From Camelus dromedarius (lineage: Eukaryota): a stretch of 64,000 nucleotides of DNA. The DNA lies in the NCBI RefSeq assembly GCF_036321535.1, contig NC_087437.1, positions 29,018,001 to 29,082,000 of the forward strand. The letters are read 5' to 3'. Shown here in pieces: positions 1 to 12,030 of this stretch. Position numbers and translations under genes: made by a program. The first letter of the stretch is position 1. Each line of letters begins with the position of its first letter. Below the pieces are notes generated by a model, which saw only the letters and a list, made by a program, of their open reading frames with translations, searched no databases and was not told the DNA's origin.

Positions 1-420
1 AAGAAGAACTGGATTCTTCACCTGCATCGTTGCCAATGTGTCTCCTTCCACCACCGGCTGTTGTGTTAGACAGTCAGCTGTCCTATTCCACCCACCCCAG
101 CAGCTGTGTGGACCTCCTCCAGGCAATACACAACAGGTGTATGTGTGTGTGTGTGTGTGGTGTGTGTGGTGTGTGTGGTATGTAATAGAGAAATGCCTTT
201 AAGACTTGTCGTGACCTAAACTGTTCTTTAGACATTTTTCCGTAAATCTCTTTATAATGTATCCTTACTGGATGATGTAACACATACTTTTCACAAGCAG
301 TTAAAAACACTTATCAGCTGTTTGATGCTGATGCAATCTGATATCCCACTATTGAAAAAAATTTTAAGCCCTAAAAAGATTATTTTACTGAATTATGTAC
401 TTTTGGAGCTGAACGAAAAC

Positions 421-517
421 TTTTTTTTTTCATTTTCATATTGTTTTTCACCATAAGTTACTACAAGATACTGACTATGGTTCTCTGTGCTATACAGTAA
501 AAACTTGTTGTTTATAC
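421..517 (-). mobile_element. Short L1 3'-UTR fragment ending at an internal A-rich tract
   Basis: Reverse complement matches the 'aaacaa..tactgtatagcacag.gaac.ata.tca.tatcttgtagtaac' segment of the L1 3'UTRs at ~2670-2740 and ~18060-18145. Flanked by AAAACTT(T/C)TTTTTT repeats at 416 and 520. Confidence 0.75.
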
Positions 518-1149
518 TAAAAACTTCTTTTTTCACTCTTTTAATTTTAGATACTTTTAAAGGGTGCATTTGATTACAGAGTAAGATTTTATTTTTTATA
601 AATATTATGAGAAATTCTCAAATGACCTTAACAACCCAATTAAATGTTAATATGTGAAAGTCTACAGTGCACCAGGACAAATGAAATTACAGTTAAAGGA
701 TATAATACACATGTCTTTTGAGAATATCCACATGTAGGGGGAAAAAATGGCAATTCTAAAACTTAATGTGATTTGACTGTGCAGAAGAAATTGAGAAGTT
801 AATGAATCAGTATCAGTTACATCAGAAAAATTGTCCAAGCAAAAAACACTTTGACCTTATAAAGAGTGAAAATTGCTCTGAGTGTCTCTGTTATCTGAAA
901 CAGGATAATGTGAGGACAGGGAAGTAAAGGAAAGATTTTTATCTGAGATAATTATGAATCTATTATCTAGCAGTATTTTTATTGGATTCTTTCAAGTACT
1001 CAAAAGTAATAACGTTAGAAGGGTAATGTATATTTTTTACATTAAATGAGTTTCAAGAAGAGTATCTCTTTTGAGGACCTAGGAATTATCTCATAACATT
1101 AGTAATTCAACATACTGTGATCAATCTGATAATATAAAATATTTTAATA

Positions 1150-3136
1150 TAAAAGGAAAGTCTTGTACATCGTTGGTGGGAATGTAAATTGGTGTAGCCA
1201 CTGTGGAAAATAGTACAGAGTTTCCTCAAAAAACTAAAAATAGAACTACCGTATGAACAAGCAATTCCACTCCTGGATCTATATCCAAAAAAAAAATAAA
1301 AACAATGTTTGAAAAAATACATGCACCCCAATGTTCATAGCTGCATTATTTGCAATTGCCAAGATATGGAAGCAACCTAAATGTCCATCAACAGATGAAT
1401 GGATAAAGAATATATATATAAGTGAGATATATATATGTGTATATATATATGATGTGATATATATAGGAGTGTGTGTGTGTATACTACTCAGCTATGAAAA
1501 ATGGAATTTTACCATTTGCAACAACATAAATGGACTTGGAGGATGCTATGCTAAATGAAATAAGTCAAACAGAGAAAGACAAATACTGTATGAAACCACT
1601 TATATGTGGAATCTAAAAAAATACAACTCCTAGAGGAAAACATAGGCAGAGCATTCTGATAAATTTCAGCCGTTTTTTTTGGATCCATCTCCTAGAGTAA
1701 TGGAAATAAAAACAAAAATAAACAAATGGGACCTAATTAAACTTAAGAGTTTTGCACAGCGAAGGAAACTGTAAACAAAACAAAAAGACCACCTGTGGAA
1801 TGGGAGAAAATATTTGCAAATAATGCAACCAACAAGGAATTAATCTCCAAAATATACAAGCAGCTCATACAACTAAATATCTAAAAAACAAACAACCTGA
1901 TCAAAAATGGGCAAATGATCTAAATAGTCATTTCTCCAAAGAAGATATACAGATGGCCAACAGGCACATGAAAGGATGCTCAGCATCACTAATTGTTAAA
2001 GAAATGCAAATCAAAACTACCCTGAGGTATCACCTGACACCAGTAAGAATGACCATCAACAAAAAGTCTACAAATAAATGCTGGAGAAGGTGTGGAGAAA
2101 AAGGAACCCTCCTACACTGTTGATGGGAATGTAAACTGGTGCAGCCACTGTGGAGGAGAGTATGGAGGTCTTAAGAAACTAAAAATAGATTTGCCGTATG
2201 ATTCAGCAACCTCACTGCTGGGCGTATACCGGAGAAAACTCTAATTCAAAAAAAAAAAAACAAAAACCACATGCACCCCAGTGTTCATAGTGGCACTTTT
2301 TATAATAGCCAAGGCATGGAAGCAACCTAAATGTCCATCAGCAGATAAATGGATAAAGAAAATGTGGCATATATATACACACACACAATGGAACACTACT
2401 CAGCCATAAAAAGGAAGGAAGTAATGTCATTTGCAGCAACATGGATGGCCCTGGAGATTATCATACTAAGTGAAATAAGTCAGTCAGAGAAAGATGAACA
2501 TCATATGATATCGTATGTGGAATCAAAAAAATGATGCAAATGAATTTATTTACAAAATAGAGACTCATAGATATAGAAAACAAACTTATGGTTACTGCGG
2601 GGGAAGGAAGGAGGGAGGGATAAATTGAGAGTTTGAGATTAGCAGATACAAACTACTGTGTACAGAATAGATAAACAAGGTCCTACTGTATAGCACAGGG
2701 AACTATATTCAATGGCTTGTAGTAAGCTATAATGAAAAAGAATGGGAAAAAGAATGTGTGTGTGTGTGTGTGTGTGTATAACTGTATCACTGTGCTGTAC
2801 ACCAGAAACCAATACAACATTGTAAATCAAACATCAAAAAGAAAAATGAAAATTTAAAATAGAAAATACAACAAATTAGTGGATATAACAAAAAAGAAGC
2901 AGACTCACAGATAAAGAGAACGAATTAGTGGTTACCAGTGGAGAGAAGAAAGAGGGAAGGGGAAATATAGGTGTAGGGGACTAAGAGGTATAAAATAAAC
3001 TATGAGGATATATTGTACAGCACAGGGAATGTAGCCAATATTTTTTAACTATAAATGTAGTATAACCTTTAAAAATTATGAATCACTATATTGTACACCT
3101 GTAACATATAATACTGTACATCAGCCACACTTCAGT
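1150..3136 (+). mobile_element. Older L1 3' end (ORF2 C-terminus + 3'UTR), split by a nested younger L1 at 1628-2862
   Basis: ORF2 C-terminal motifs ([26 protein letters not shown], 1331-1558). The 3'UTR resumes after 2872 ('aaattagtggatataacaaaaaagaagcagactcacag') and ends in a (TA)/(TG)n tail. Confidence 0.9.
1628..2862 (+). mobile_element. Younger 5'-truncated L1 (ORF2 3' part + 3'UTR) nested in the older L1
   Basis: Typical ORF2 sequence (aaatgggacctaattaaactt, aaatgcaaatcaaaactac, HYSAIKRKEVMSFAATWM), A-rich tail, and target-site duplication (TSD) AAAATACAAC at 1618-1627 and 2863-2872. Confidence 0.92.
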
Positions 3137-3194
<58 letters not shown>

Positions 3195-3207
3195 ATATAT
3201 ATATATC
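3137..3207. repeat. (TA)n(TG)n(TA)n microsatellite
   Basis: Direct reading: about 22 TG units flanked by TA runs. Confidence 0.95.
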
Positions 3208-4084
3208 TCATGAAAGAGTACCTGGTGGTAAATGGCTTGGGCTTCGCTCAATTGAAAGCAGTGAATGAATAGAGTACACTTTACCTTCTTAAGAAGCTTT
3301 TGCAGATAGGCAAACCTTCCTTCTGTCAGAAGCCATTTTAAATCAGTTTTTCTGAGTTACATTCAATGTATTCTCATATTGTTACATACTAATTGACGTA
3401 AAATCAACAAGGCAGCATACTCATTGGAATGTATTTATAGAGGTTTCAGATTTAATGTTTAAAAATATCACTTCAATCACTTCAAATAAAAAAGAAAAAG
3501 ATGTCTGAAATATTAAGTGAAAGCTAATAGTTCCAATTTAAAAGCATGTTTTTTCCCTCAGATTATATAAGCAATACATGCTTATTTTAGAAAACACAGA
3601 AATGAAAGAGAGAGAGTGAGAGAAAGTGAGGGAGAGAAGGAGGGCGGGAAACAAAAGTAACATATCCTCCCATTGGGCAGGTTTCAAGTGGCCAAAAAAT
3701 TCTAAGCATGACCAAGACTAGGCATGTATAGATACTGAAGCCCCTTCTGCCTCCCAGTAAATCAGAGGTGTTTAGATTTGCTTTGTTTACTTTTGATTTT
3801 CTGTAATTTTCTTCTCCTTCCTACCTTATCTGGATTTATAATGTCTTTCTGTAGCATACATTTTTTAAGTGAGGTCAAAATTTTTAAAGAAAAAGATGAA
3901 TGGTGTAAAGGGAAATTACTGGACTTAGATTCAGGATGTGGCAATCCTCGACCTGGGGTAGGTCCATAAATGAGGCTCGAGATTTCTTTGCCTCACAGGC
4001 CCTTCAATCTGCTTTTGAGATTCCTTGGCAGCCCTCTAGACCCTTGTAAACTTCATCCAACTTCTTGAAAATATTTTTAATTTT

Positions 4085-4235
4085 CTGTATATCATTCATC
4101 ACTACCTGACATTTCCTTACTTGTATGCTCATTGTTTCTAGAATGTGGACTCTGGGAGATTAGGACCATTATCTGTCTTGTTCACTGCTGCATACCCAGC
4201 ACCAACACCTGATATGTAGTAAGAGGTCAATAAAA
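4085..4235 (+). mobile_element. L2 3' end fragment
   Basis: 'ctagaatgtggactctgggagattaggacc..tgtcttgttcactgctgcatacccagcacc..atgtagtaagaggtcaataaa' resembles the L2 3' terminus. Confidence 0.75.
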
Positions 4236-5099
4236 GCCTATATAACCCAAATATAAGGTAAATTTTTTCCCCAAAAATTTCTAGAAAAGAAAATAATCGT
4301 ATACATCTGAGTCCTTACACAGGCTCTCATGTTATGCGTTACTTTCATAAGCCATAAAATACTGCGTAGAATCACAATATTAGACAAAAATGGCCCTACC
4401 ATCTTTCTCTAAAATCAGTGCTAGCTTGGGTGTTTACAGAGATCATCTGTTAAAATTAGGATAAAAGAAGGCAAAGAAAACAATTTCAGTATTTATTCCT
4501 GGGTTCTGACATTATGTCTGCAAGGGTTGAAGACCATTATAAATAATGCTTTTAAAGATTACTTTGAAAAGCAGTAAAGGTTATTACACTATAAAGATTA
4601 GGCATATAAACCTAGAGGAAGAATAAAAATAAAAATAAAACTGTACTAATGTGTGTGAATGGCAACCTCCAGTGTCTACATCACACGTACAATCCCATAT
4701 TGCTGTTTCTCAAAACAACTGAGCTATAAGTGATGCTGCCATGATGAGTTAAAAATGCTAATGACAAAGACACTTATGTCAAAGGTGCATCTGAAGAGGC
4801 TGAATTTTTTTAAGTGTGACTGGGGAGGAACAATATTTTTAAACTACTCCATTTAGATAAAATGTAATTTAAATATACGTGTGGCTAAAGTAATAAATTA
4901 AATCCTGTAAGTAGACAATTCACTGTTTCATCAGCATCCTTTAAAGTTTACATTTTCCCAGTGGACAAAAGACTTATTGGGGAATCTTCTCACTGGAGTA
5001 AACAATAAGTCTATTTTTAAATATATCCTTCTATGTGCTATGTGGTGTTTCAATACGAAATTTTATTCCTTTTCAGTTCTATACAATCCAAAACTATCC

Positions 5100-6150
5100 T
5101 TAACTATTGCTTCTCAGCTATTTCTTGTATTGCCTTTTTCAAAAACTCCTGGTAAACAGTTTTGGAGTCTTTCTATAATGTATCCATGTCTAACTGCTAT
5201 TTCATATATATTTTTCAATGTCTTACCTCCTAGGGCTTAGTTCTGTGTATATGTCTTAGTACCTTTTTCCTATTATTTTAAAATTTTCTCTTCAACTGCA
5301 TTTAGTCTTGAGTTAATTGTGTTTATTTTTTTCTATAATAACATTTTTCATTTCCAAAGTTTTCACTTGATTCTTTTTCATATGCTACTGCTTTGGCTTC
5401 TCATAATGTATACATTCTCAAGATTGTTAATTCTTTCTTTTATGTCTCTGCAAAATCTTGTTAAAATCTCAAACACACTTGTTTTAATTTTTCAGACTGC
5501 TCTATTATTTTCATTTCATCCAGTCATTATATATCCCAATCTTTAATTTTCTTGGTTATCTTTTCAGTTATAATAATTCTGCCGTACTTTGGAATGTGAT
5601 TTTTCAAGCTCATTTTGTTGGGCAGTTTTTTTACTCTCATGTTCTTTGCTTGTTTTTTATGTTCTTTCTTCATATTTACCTCTCCAGGCACCTGCCTGGA
5701 CCACTGAGATACCAATCCAGAACAAGGTCATGTGCAGGTGACTCTGAGCTTACTCAGGGATGATACTTGAGGCAAATGCAGGTTCAGGCACTGTGCCAGT
5801 GGGCACCTTAGCACAAGTCCTGGGTGCAAGGCAGTTTTTACTTCCTCCCTCATCCTCGTTAGCAATGTTATACAAGCTGTAACCCTAGTTGTTGATCAAA
5901 AAATTTTTTTCTTCCTTTATCAGGCTGGTGCACCCTACCCCAGACCTTTATTTCAAGCAATGGCCTGGGTCCCTTGTTCTTCTTAGACTGCAGGAGACAA
6001 AATTACAGCCATCTCTCCAGGCTCTGTTCCCAGAGCTCAGTTGGCCAACTTCCATCTCACTACCTTTCCACCAAAGTCACTTATATTGTTTCTGAGCAAT
6101 GCTGTATTTTTTAACTTTTCTGTATATATTATAACTGTCATTTTTATGAT
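5100..6150 (-). mobile_element. Highly diverged old L1 (L1ME-like) fragment
   Basis: Long T-rich stretch with the composition and word pattern of an antisense ancient L1; no intact frame. Confidence 0.45.
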
Positions 6151-6239
6151 TCAGAGTATAACAGACAAAAGGTCTCCATGATGGACAGTACCAACAAAAA
6201 GAATTTTTATGTTTTTTTTAACCAAAAAGGTCAAAAGTA

Positions 6240-6805
6240 CAAGATATGGAAGCAACCTTAATGTTCATCAATAGATGAATGGATAAAGAAGTTGTGATAG
6301 ATATAGATACAGATATAGATACATAATAGACTATTACTCAGCCATAAAAAAGAAAAGCAATACCATTTGAGGCAATATGTATGGACCTAGAGATTATCAT
6401 ATTAAGTGAAGTCAGAGAGAGAGAGAAATATCATATGATACCTCTTATATGTGGAATCTAAAAAAAAAGATACAAATGAACTAATTTACAAAACAGAAGC
6501 AGACTCACAGACAGAAAACAAATTTATGGTTACCAAAGGGGAAAAGGTAGGGGGAAGGATAAACTGGGAATTTGGGATTAACAGATACACACTACTAATC
6601 ATAAAATAGATAAACAGCAAGGACATACTGTATAGCACAGAGAACTGTGTTCAATATCTTGTAATAACTTACAATGGAAAAGAATCTGAAAAAGAAAATA
6701 TATACATATATAATTGAATAATTTGCTGTATACCTGAAACATTGTAAATCAACTATACTTCAATTTAAATTGTTTTAATTTTTAAAAATTTAAATAAATA
6801 TTTTT
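6240..6805 (+). mobile_element. 5'-truncated L1 3' end
   Basis: 'aagatatggaagcaacct..gatgaatggataaagaag' through '..ttgtaaatcaactatacttcaat' plus an A/T tail. Degenerate TSD AAAGGTCAAAAGTA (6226-6239) / AAAGGGCGAAAGTA (6806-6819). Confidence 0.92.
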
Positions 6806-7439
6806 AAAGGGCGAAAGTAAAAGATTACTTATACCTAAAGTAAATCAACTTTTCTCCAATTGTAACTAACACCCAGAGATTTGTCTGATTTACTGCTGTA
6901 TCTGCAGCTCCTAGAATGTATTAGGCACGCAGTAGGAGCTTAATAACCATGTGTCAATGGAGTGATTTGCTGTCCAGCCCTAAGTTAGGCAAAGAAGAGG
7001 GAGAGAAGAGAGGAATGTCAAGTTAGCACAGGACAGTGTGATGTTGCCCTTTATTCATTCATAATCTAGTGGAGGTGACTGTGTGAGTATAATGACACAA
7101 CACATAGTGTAAGACAATATACATTTCTCAGCTGGATCATGCCAAGTACAACTGCATGGTATTTGATAAATTTACAAAGTGTATCTGACCGTAAGTTTTA
7201 ATGGAGGATAGAGCTGGGAGAGATGTAACTGTTACAGATTTTAAAATTGGGAGGACAGTGCTGAAGGAGAGGGGAGAATTGTTAGCTGTTTCATATATTA
7301 CATTTAGTTCCCTGTGGCCAGGGGGATGTGGTCACAACTTTGGGGAAATAGTGTATACCTTGTGAAACAGTACAAGGTCACTTACGTAGACAGTAGGTGC
7401 CAGAAGTTAATTTTGCAGAGCTACTTATGTAATTCCAGA

Positions 7440-7715
7440 ATGTCGGAAACTTGCTTACAGACCTGGGTGAACGCGTAACGTCATAATTCTTTTCAGAAGA
7501 GAAAGACTTTTTTTTTAAATAAGCAGTGTTTCCATGGTAACCATAAAGGCAAATCTCACTTGGTGTGTGTTATAGCAACAGCAATAACAGCTGGAGCAGG
7601 TTGAACAAAAAAATGGCTGGGGAGCAGAAGCTGGGGGATTTGGAGAGAAGGTGAGTAAAGAAAATGACAACCCAAACCGGAAGCTGTGTGACTCAAGACT
7701 GCCTTGACTCACCAG
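7440..7715. promoter_or_regulatory. Candidate promoter/enhancer: RFX X-box, CRE half-site, ETS and two AP-1 sites
   Basis: GTTTCCATGGTAAC at 7528-7541 (canonical X-box); TAGCAAC half X-box 7573-7579; CGTCA 7479-7483; ACCGGAAG 7676-7683; TGACTCA 7689-7695 and 7705-7711; splice donor AAG|GTGAGT at 7650/7651. Confidence 0.55.
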
Positions 7716-8280
7716 CACTGCGTTTGAAGAAATCAGGCTTTAAAAACCTATTTTTTTTTCAAAGATACTTTCCCTCCAGCCTGTCCAAAATCAAAGGTGA
7801 GACAAACTACTATGCCATTTTTCCAAGAAAAATAAACGACTCAGGTTATGTATATTTTTTAAATCAATGGGTATTGACAAATAAAAACATTTTTTAAAAA
7901 TCGATGTCTGTGAGAAGAGCCACACAAAGAAAATGAAAACAGACATATATGCCCAGGCTCAGATAATGCATTAATGCAAGAGGAAAGCTGAACCGCTAAG
8001 CAATTTCTTTTCACACTTAAAAAAAAAACCTGTATAATGCATGTCTATATAGCACAGAGACGAGCATTACTGAATCCCTTGTTAGTGGGGGCACTGCTAA
8101 CAATAGAAGCAGTGCGCCAGTGGAAGGTGTTTGCTTTATTTGCTGAATGAAATCTTATTTTTATATCTTACTTTGTGGCTAAAAGTATGTATAAAAATTA
8201 TAGTTCACTGTTTTTTAAGTGTGGAAAAATAATTCTGATTAGGATAATAGGATTATCTACAATCATTTTTAATTACGTGT

Positions 8281-9075
8281 TTAAATTTTGAGATCATTAT
8301 AGATTGGCATTAGATGTAAAAAATAGTAGAGATCTGGCATATTCTTTTCTCAGTTTCCTCCAGTGATAACATCTTGGAAAAATACAATGCAATACCACAA
8401 GCAGGTATTGACCTGCAGATCTTATCCAGCCATCCTGGGTTTTACTTACAGTTGTGTGGGTGTATGTGTGTGTGTACATTTAGTTCTATTTAATTTTGTT
8501 ACCTGGTGCAGATTGTGTGTCTACCACTATAGTAGTGAGAAAAAACAGTCCTCTCACCACAAGGATCCACATCCCTGCATTGCCCTTTTATTACTACATC
8601 TATTGCCATCCCACCCAGTTGCCCTACCCCTAACCACTAACAACCACAATCTGCTCTCCATAATTTTTGCCATTTCAAAAATGTTGTATAACTAAAATCT
8701 GTACCTGACCTTTCAGCAATGGCTTTCTCCAGTCAGCATAATTTATTTGAGATCTATCCAGGTTGTTGTGTATATGAACAGTTCATTCCTTTTTACTGCT
8801 GAGTAGTATTCCACAGTAAGTACCATAGTTTAACCATTCACCTACTAAAAGACATCTGGGTTATTGCAGTTGGGGAATAGCATTAGAAATAAAGCCACTG
8901 TGAATAGATGTATACAGATTTTTGCATAAACAAAGTTTTAATTTCTCTGGGCTAAATACCCAAGAGTGCAATGGTCTGGCCATATGGTAAGTACATGTTT
9001 AATTTTATAAGAAATTGCCAAAATGTTTGCAAGAGTGTTTGCCATTCTACATTCCCACCAGCAATGTATGTGCCT
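8281..9075 (-). mobile_element. Old L1 (L1MB/L1MC-like) 3' end
   Basis: Antisense L1 3'UTR/ORF2 words: 'cagttcattcctttttactgctgagtagtattcc', 'taaatacccaagagtgcaat', 'aagaaattgccaaaatgttt..cattcccaccagcaatgtatg'. Confidence 0.85.
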
Positions 9076-9149
9076 CTTTTCTGACATAATTCTAACAAGC
9101 TAATTAAAATAACTTGTCTCATCAGAACAATGGAATTAAGACTGTTTCC

Positions 9150-9335
9150 TATTGCCAGAGTTTGAACTCTCATTCTGCCTGGGTTCAAACCCTGGCTCTA
9201 CCACTTGATAGCTCTGTGATCTCAGATAAGAGTGTCTTCCACTCAGCCTCAGTTTTTCAATCTGTAGAATGGGATAATAATATACCTACCTCACAGATGT
9301 GTTATGAAAATATTATAATAATTATTGTTGTTTGA
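9150..9335 (+). mobile_element. MIR SINE
   Basis: 'gcctgggttcaaaccctggctctaccactt.atagctctgtgatctcag..gcctcagtttttcaatctgtagaatggggataataata' (MIR core). Confidence 0.85.
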
Positions 9336-10737
9336 TTCATTATTTAGGATATAATTGTACAGAGATAAAAAGAGGCATATATGAGGTTAATGAAAAGCAC
9401 CATCTATTTTACTGAGATATGTTGACAATATGTATACAAGGAAAAGATTCCGAGACTGTCTCTAAGCTGTGATGTGACGATTTTACACATAAATCCTTCC
9501 AGACTTAAAATGTACTAGTTTGTTGCTCACAGTGAAATAGTGGCAAAATGACTATGTTTTGAAATGTAGGAAAGTAACAGAGCTACTCCTCCAAATTATA
9601 AAACATGCTTTCATACGCCTGAGGTATGGAGAAGTTCTATTTTATTGACAGTTGATTGGGTGGGAAACAAGATGGTGCTCTTGAGCTAATGAAGGCGATA
9701 GAGGATGGCAGGGTGACTGATGGTGCATCAGCAGATCCATTCTCCTGCCACCAGCTACTGCTTCTACAAAGAGGTAAAGAGAAAAATAAAGTGTTGACTT
9801 TTTAAATCTTCAATCAAAAAAAATCATTTCAAAGGAAATGACAGTGATCAGAATCTTACCCTAAACAACCTGTGGTTTCAGTTTGTTTAGTTTTATGTAT
9901 GTGTGTGTGTGTGTTTGCTGAAACAGAATACATGCAAATAGCTATAACTTTTCAGTCTTGCTAAATAAATTTAGTCCAAATAATTTTATATTTACTAAAA
10001 TCATGACCCCAATTAATTTTGAAAATGTTTCTATTTTCATCTTTTATTTGAATTTTTTTAAATAAACTATTTTCATTTTTAATTCCCACTTCAATTAGAA
10101 GTGTTGTTTTGGGGGGTTTTTGTTGTTGTTTCATTTTGGTTTGATTTCCAAGAAAGTTAAGATAGAGGGTTAAGAAGTAGATTCATTTAAGTTATGGGGG
10201 AAATACATTTGGTAATTGGAACTTGAAACTCAGGGTGGAAAGTTCACCTTTAGCAGGAACTACCCTATCCTGAGACAGGAGGACCAAAGTGAATTTTGAT
10301 TAACTTTTGTATCAATGTATTAAAAAGTATGACAGCACCACTTTTAGAGGACAGTGAAGCTCAGTACAACATGGATTCTGTGGGCTGAAGTTTGGCTTAC
10401 CTATTTTTCCATTGGCATAATAGAGCAGTTGAGAAAGTTATTAAAGCTTAGTTTTAACAGTCTATTAAATTGTGGCACCCATGGAGTGGTAAGTATACTT
10501 ACAGTTTTCTTGCCTTTTTTATTGTTCTTTCCATGAAATTTAGCTCCTTCTTGTCTAATTTAAAGTTCACCAAACACATTTTATTAGACTTTTTCTTCAA
10601 TACGCCATTTTTTGTTTTTTTTAAATGCAGAATTACTTATGTGATTTATTAAAATGAGATTCATTTTCATACTAATTCTCTTTTCCAATAGGGTTTAAAC
10701 AATTTCTGCTTATTTCTTATATTTCGCTTATATGTTT

Positions 10738-11150
10738 TAATTAGGATGTTTTCAACTGTAACAGAAAAAATAATCTCTAAATGAATTTTAAAAGGAGGTT
10801 CTTTATTATTCATATAACAAGAAGTTCAAGGCAGGGCACCCCGGTTGGTTAGCTTAGTGGCTCCACAATGTCATAAATGCTCATCTTCCCATCTGTTCAC
10901 TTTGTCATTTTAGGTATGTGAACTCATTCCCCTCATGGTCACAAGATGACTGCAGCAGCACCAGGCATACATTTTCAGAAACCAATATCAAGAGGCAGCA
11001 AAGGGAACATTTCTCTCTTGAGTTTCTTTTTATCCAGGATGAGAAACTTTTCTATAAGACCTCTTCTCTGTCTCATTGGCCATAAATGGGTTACCATGTC
11101 CAACCCTAAACCAATTCCTTGGTCCCAGGCAATGGTATCAAAGTGACAAA
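10738..11150 (-). mobile_element. MaLR solo LTR (MLT1J/K-like)
   Basis: 'ttaggatgttttcaactgtaacagaaaa', 'cctcatggtcacaagatgactgcagcagcaccagg', 'tctcattggcc..ccctaaaccaat' resemble old MLT1 LTRs. Confidence 0.7.
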
Positions 11151-11947
11151 CTTAGGCAATCATGAAAGAGGGATGAAGAACATCAGGCTACAAAAAAGCC
11201 ACAGAAAAAAACCCTAAAAGACAAACAAAACCTCTCATGTCAAACATACTATTATGGGCTTGAAAGCCAAGAAACTTAGGTGGACTTTATAACTATATAA
11301 ACTAAACCTCTGAGCTTCAGGATTTTTTAACCCATCCAGTTGCTTTCTTTGTGAGTATTTCATAAATTTTTGTATAAATAAGACATCTAGCTCAGCAGAG
11401 AGATACAATATGTGTTAATCTCCTCCTTTCCTTGAAATGTGCAAAATAAATGAATAAATAAATTAGCAGATGAGGCTAAGTAATACAAATTTTAGAGCTT
11501 GGATAGCTTATATTTTCTGATATTCCCTTTCAAACTCAGCAATGAACTCATAACATGATTTTGAGGAATCTACAGCAATGACAATGGTTTAGTGTAAAGA
11601 ATTTTAATTTTGTTATTTAAAATCATTTATAAAAGTTGCACCATCTGTTTAAAAAACGTAATAGGTGGATACAGTATATGTGTAGGACAAGAGATATATG
11701 GTCTCTGAAATACTGTAAATTTTGTCACCATTTATTCATTTTGTTTCAAACAGATTCACACAAGCTTTATACATTATGTTAGATGTCATCCTGGGTGCTT
11801 GGAGTTGAGCAAAAACTGAGAGGCAGAAGTCCTTGCCTTCTCCAGATCACCTCAAAATTCTTGCTTATACTAACGAGCATTGATTTCATTAATAAGTTTC
11901 AAACTAATGCCTTACCCCTGAAACTCAGCTGTTTCATGATACTCATG

Positions 11948-11963
11948 TTTCCTATATAGGAAA
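11948..11963. promoter_or_regulatory. Perfect 16-bp palindrome containing a consensus CArG box
   Basis: TTTCCTATATAGGAAA; the core CCTATATAGG (11951-11960) fits CC(A/T)6GG. Confidence 0.35.
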
Positions 11964-12013
11964 TACCAAAATAAAACAAAATTCCATCTCTTTTAGTTGC
12001 CTTCCTCCACTTC

Positions 12014-12030
12014 ATCACTAGATGGCACCA
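12014..12030 (+). promoter_or_regulatory. Candidate CTCF binding site
   Basis: TCACTAGATGGCAC (12015-12028) matches CCASYAGRKGGCRS at 13/14 positions. Confidence 0.5.

Noticed and set aside
8078..8097. Possible CTCF site (TTAGTGGGGGCACTG)
   Set aside because: Only the 3' half matches; the CCASYAG part is poor.
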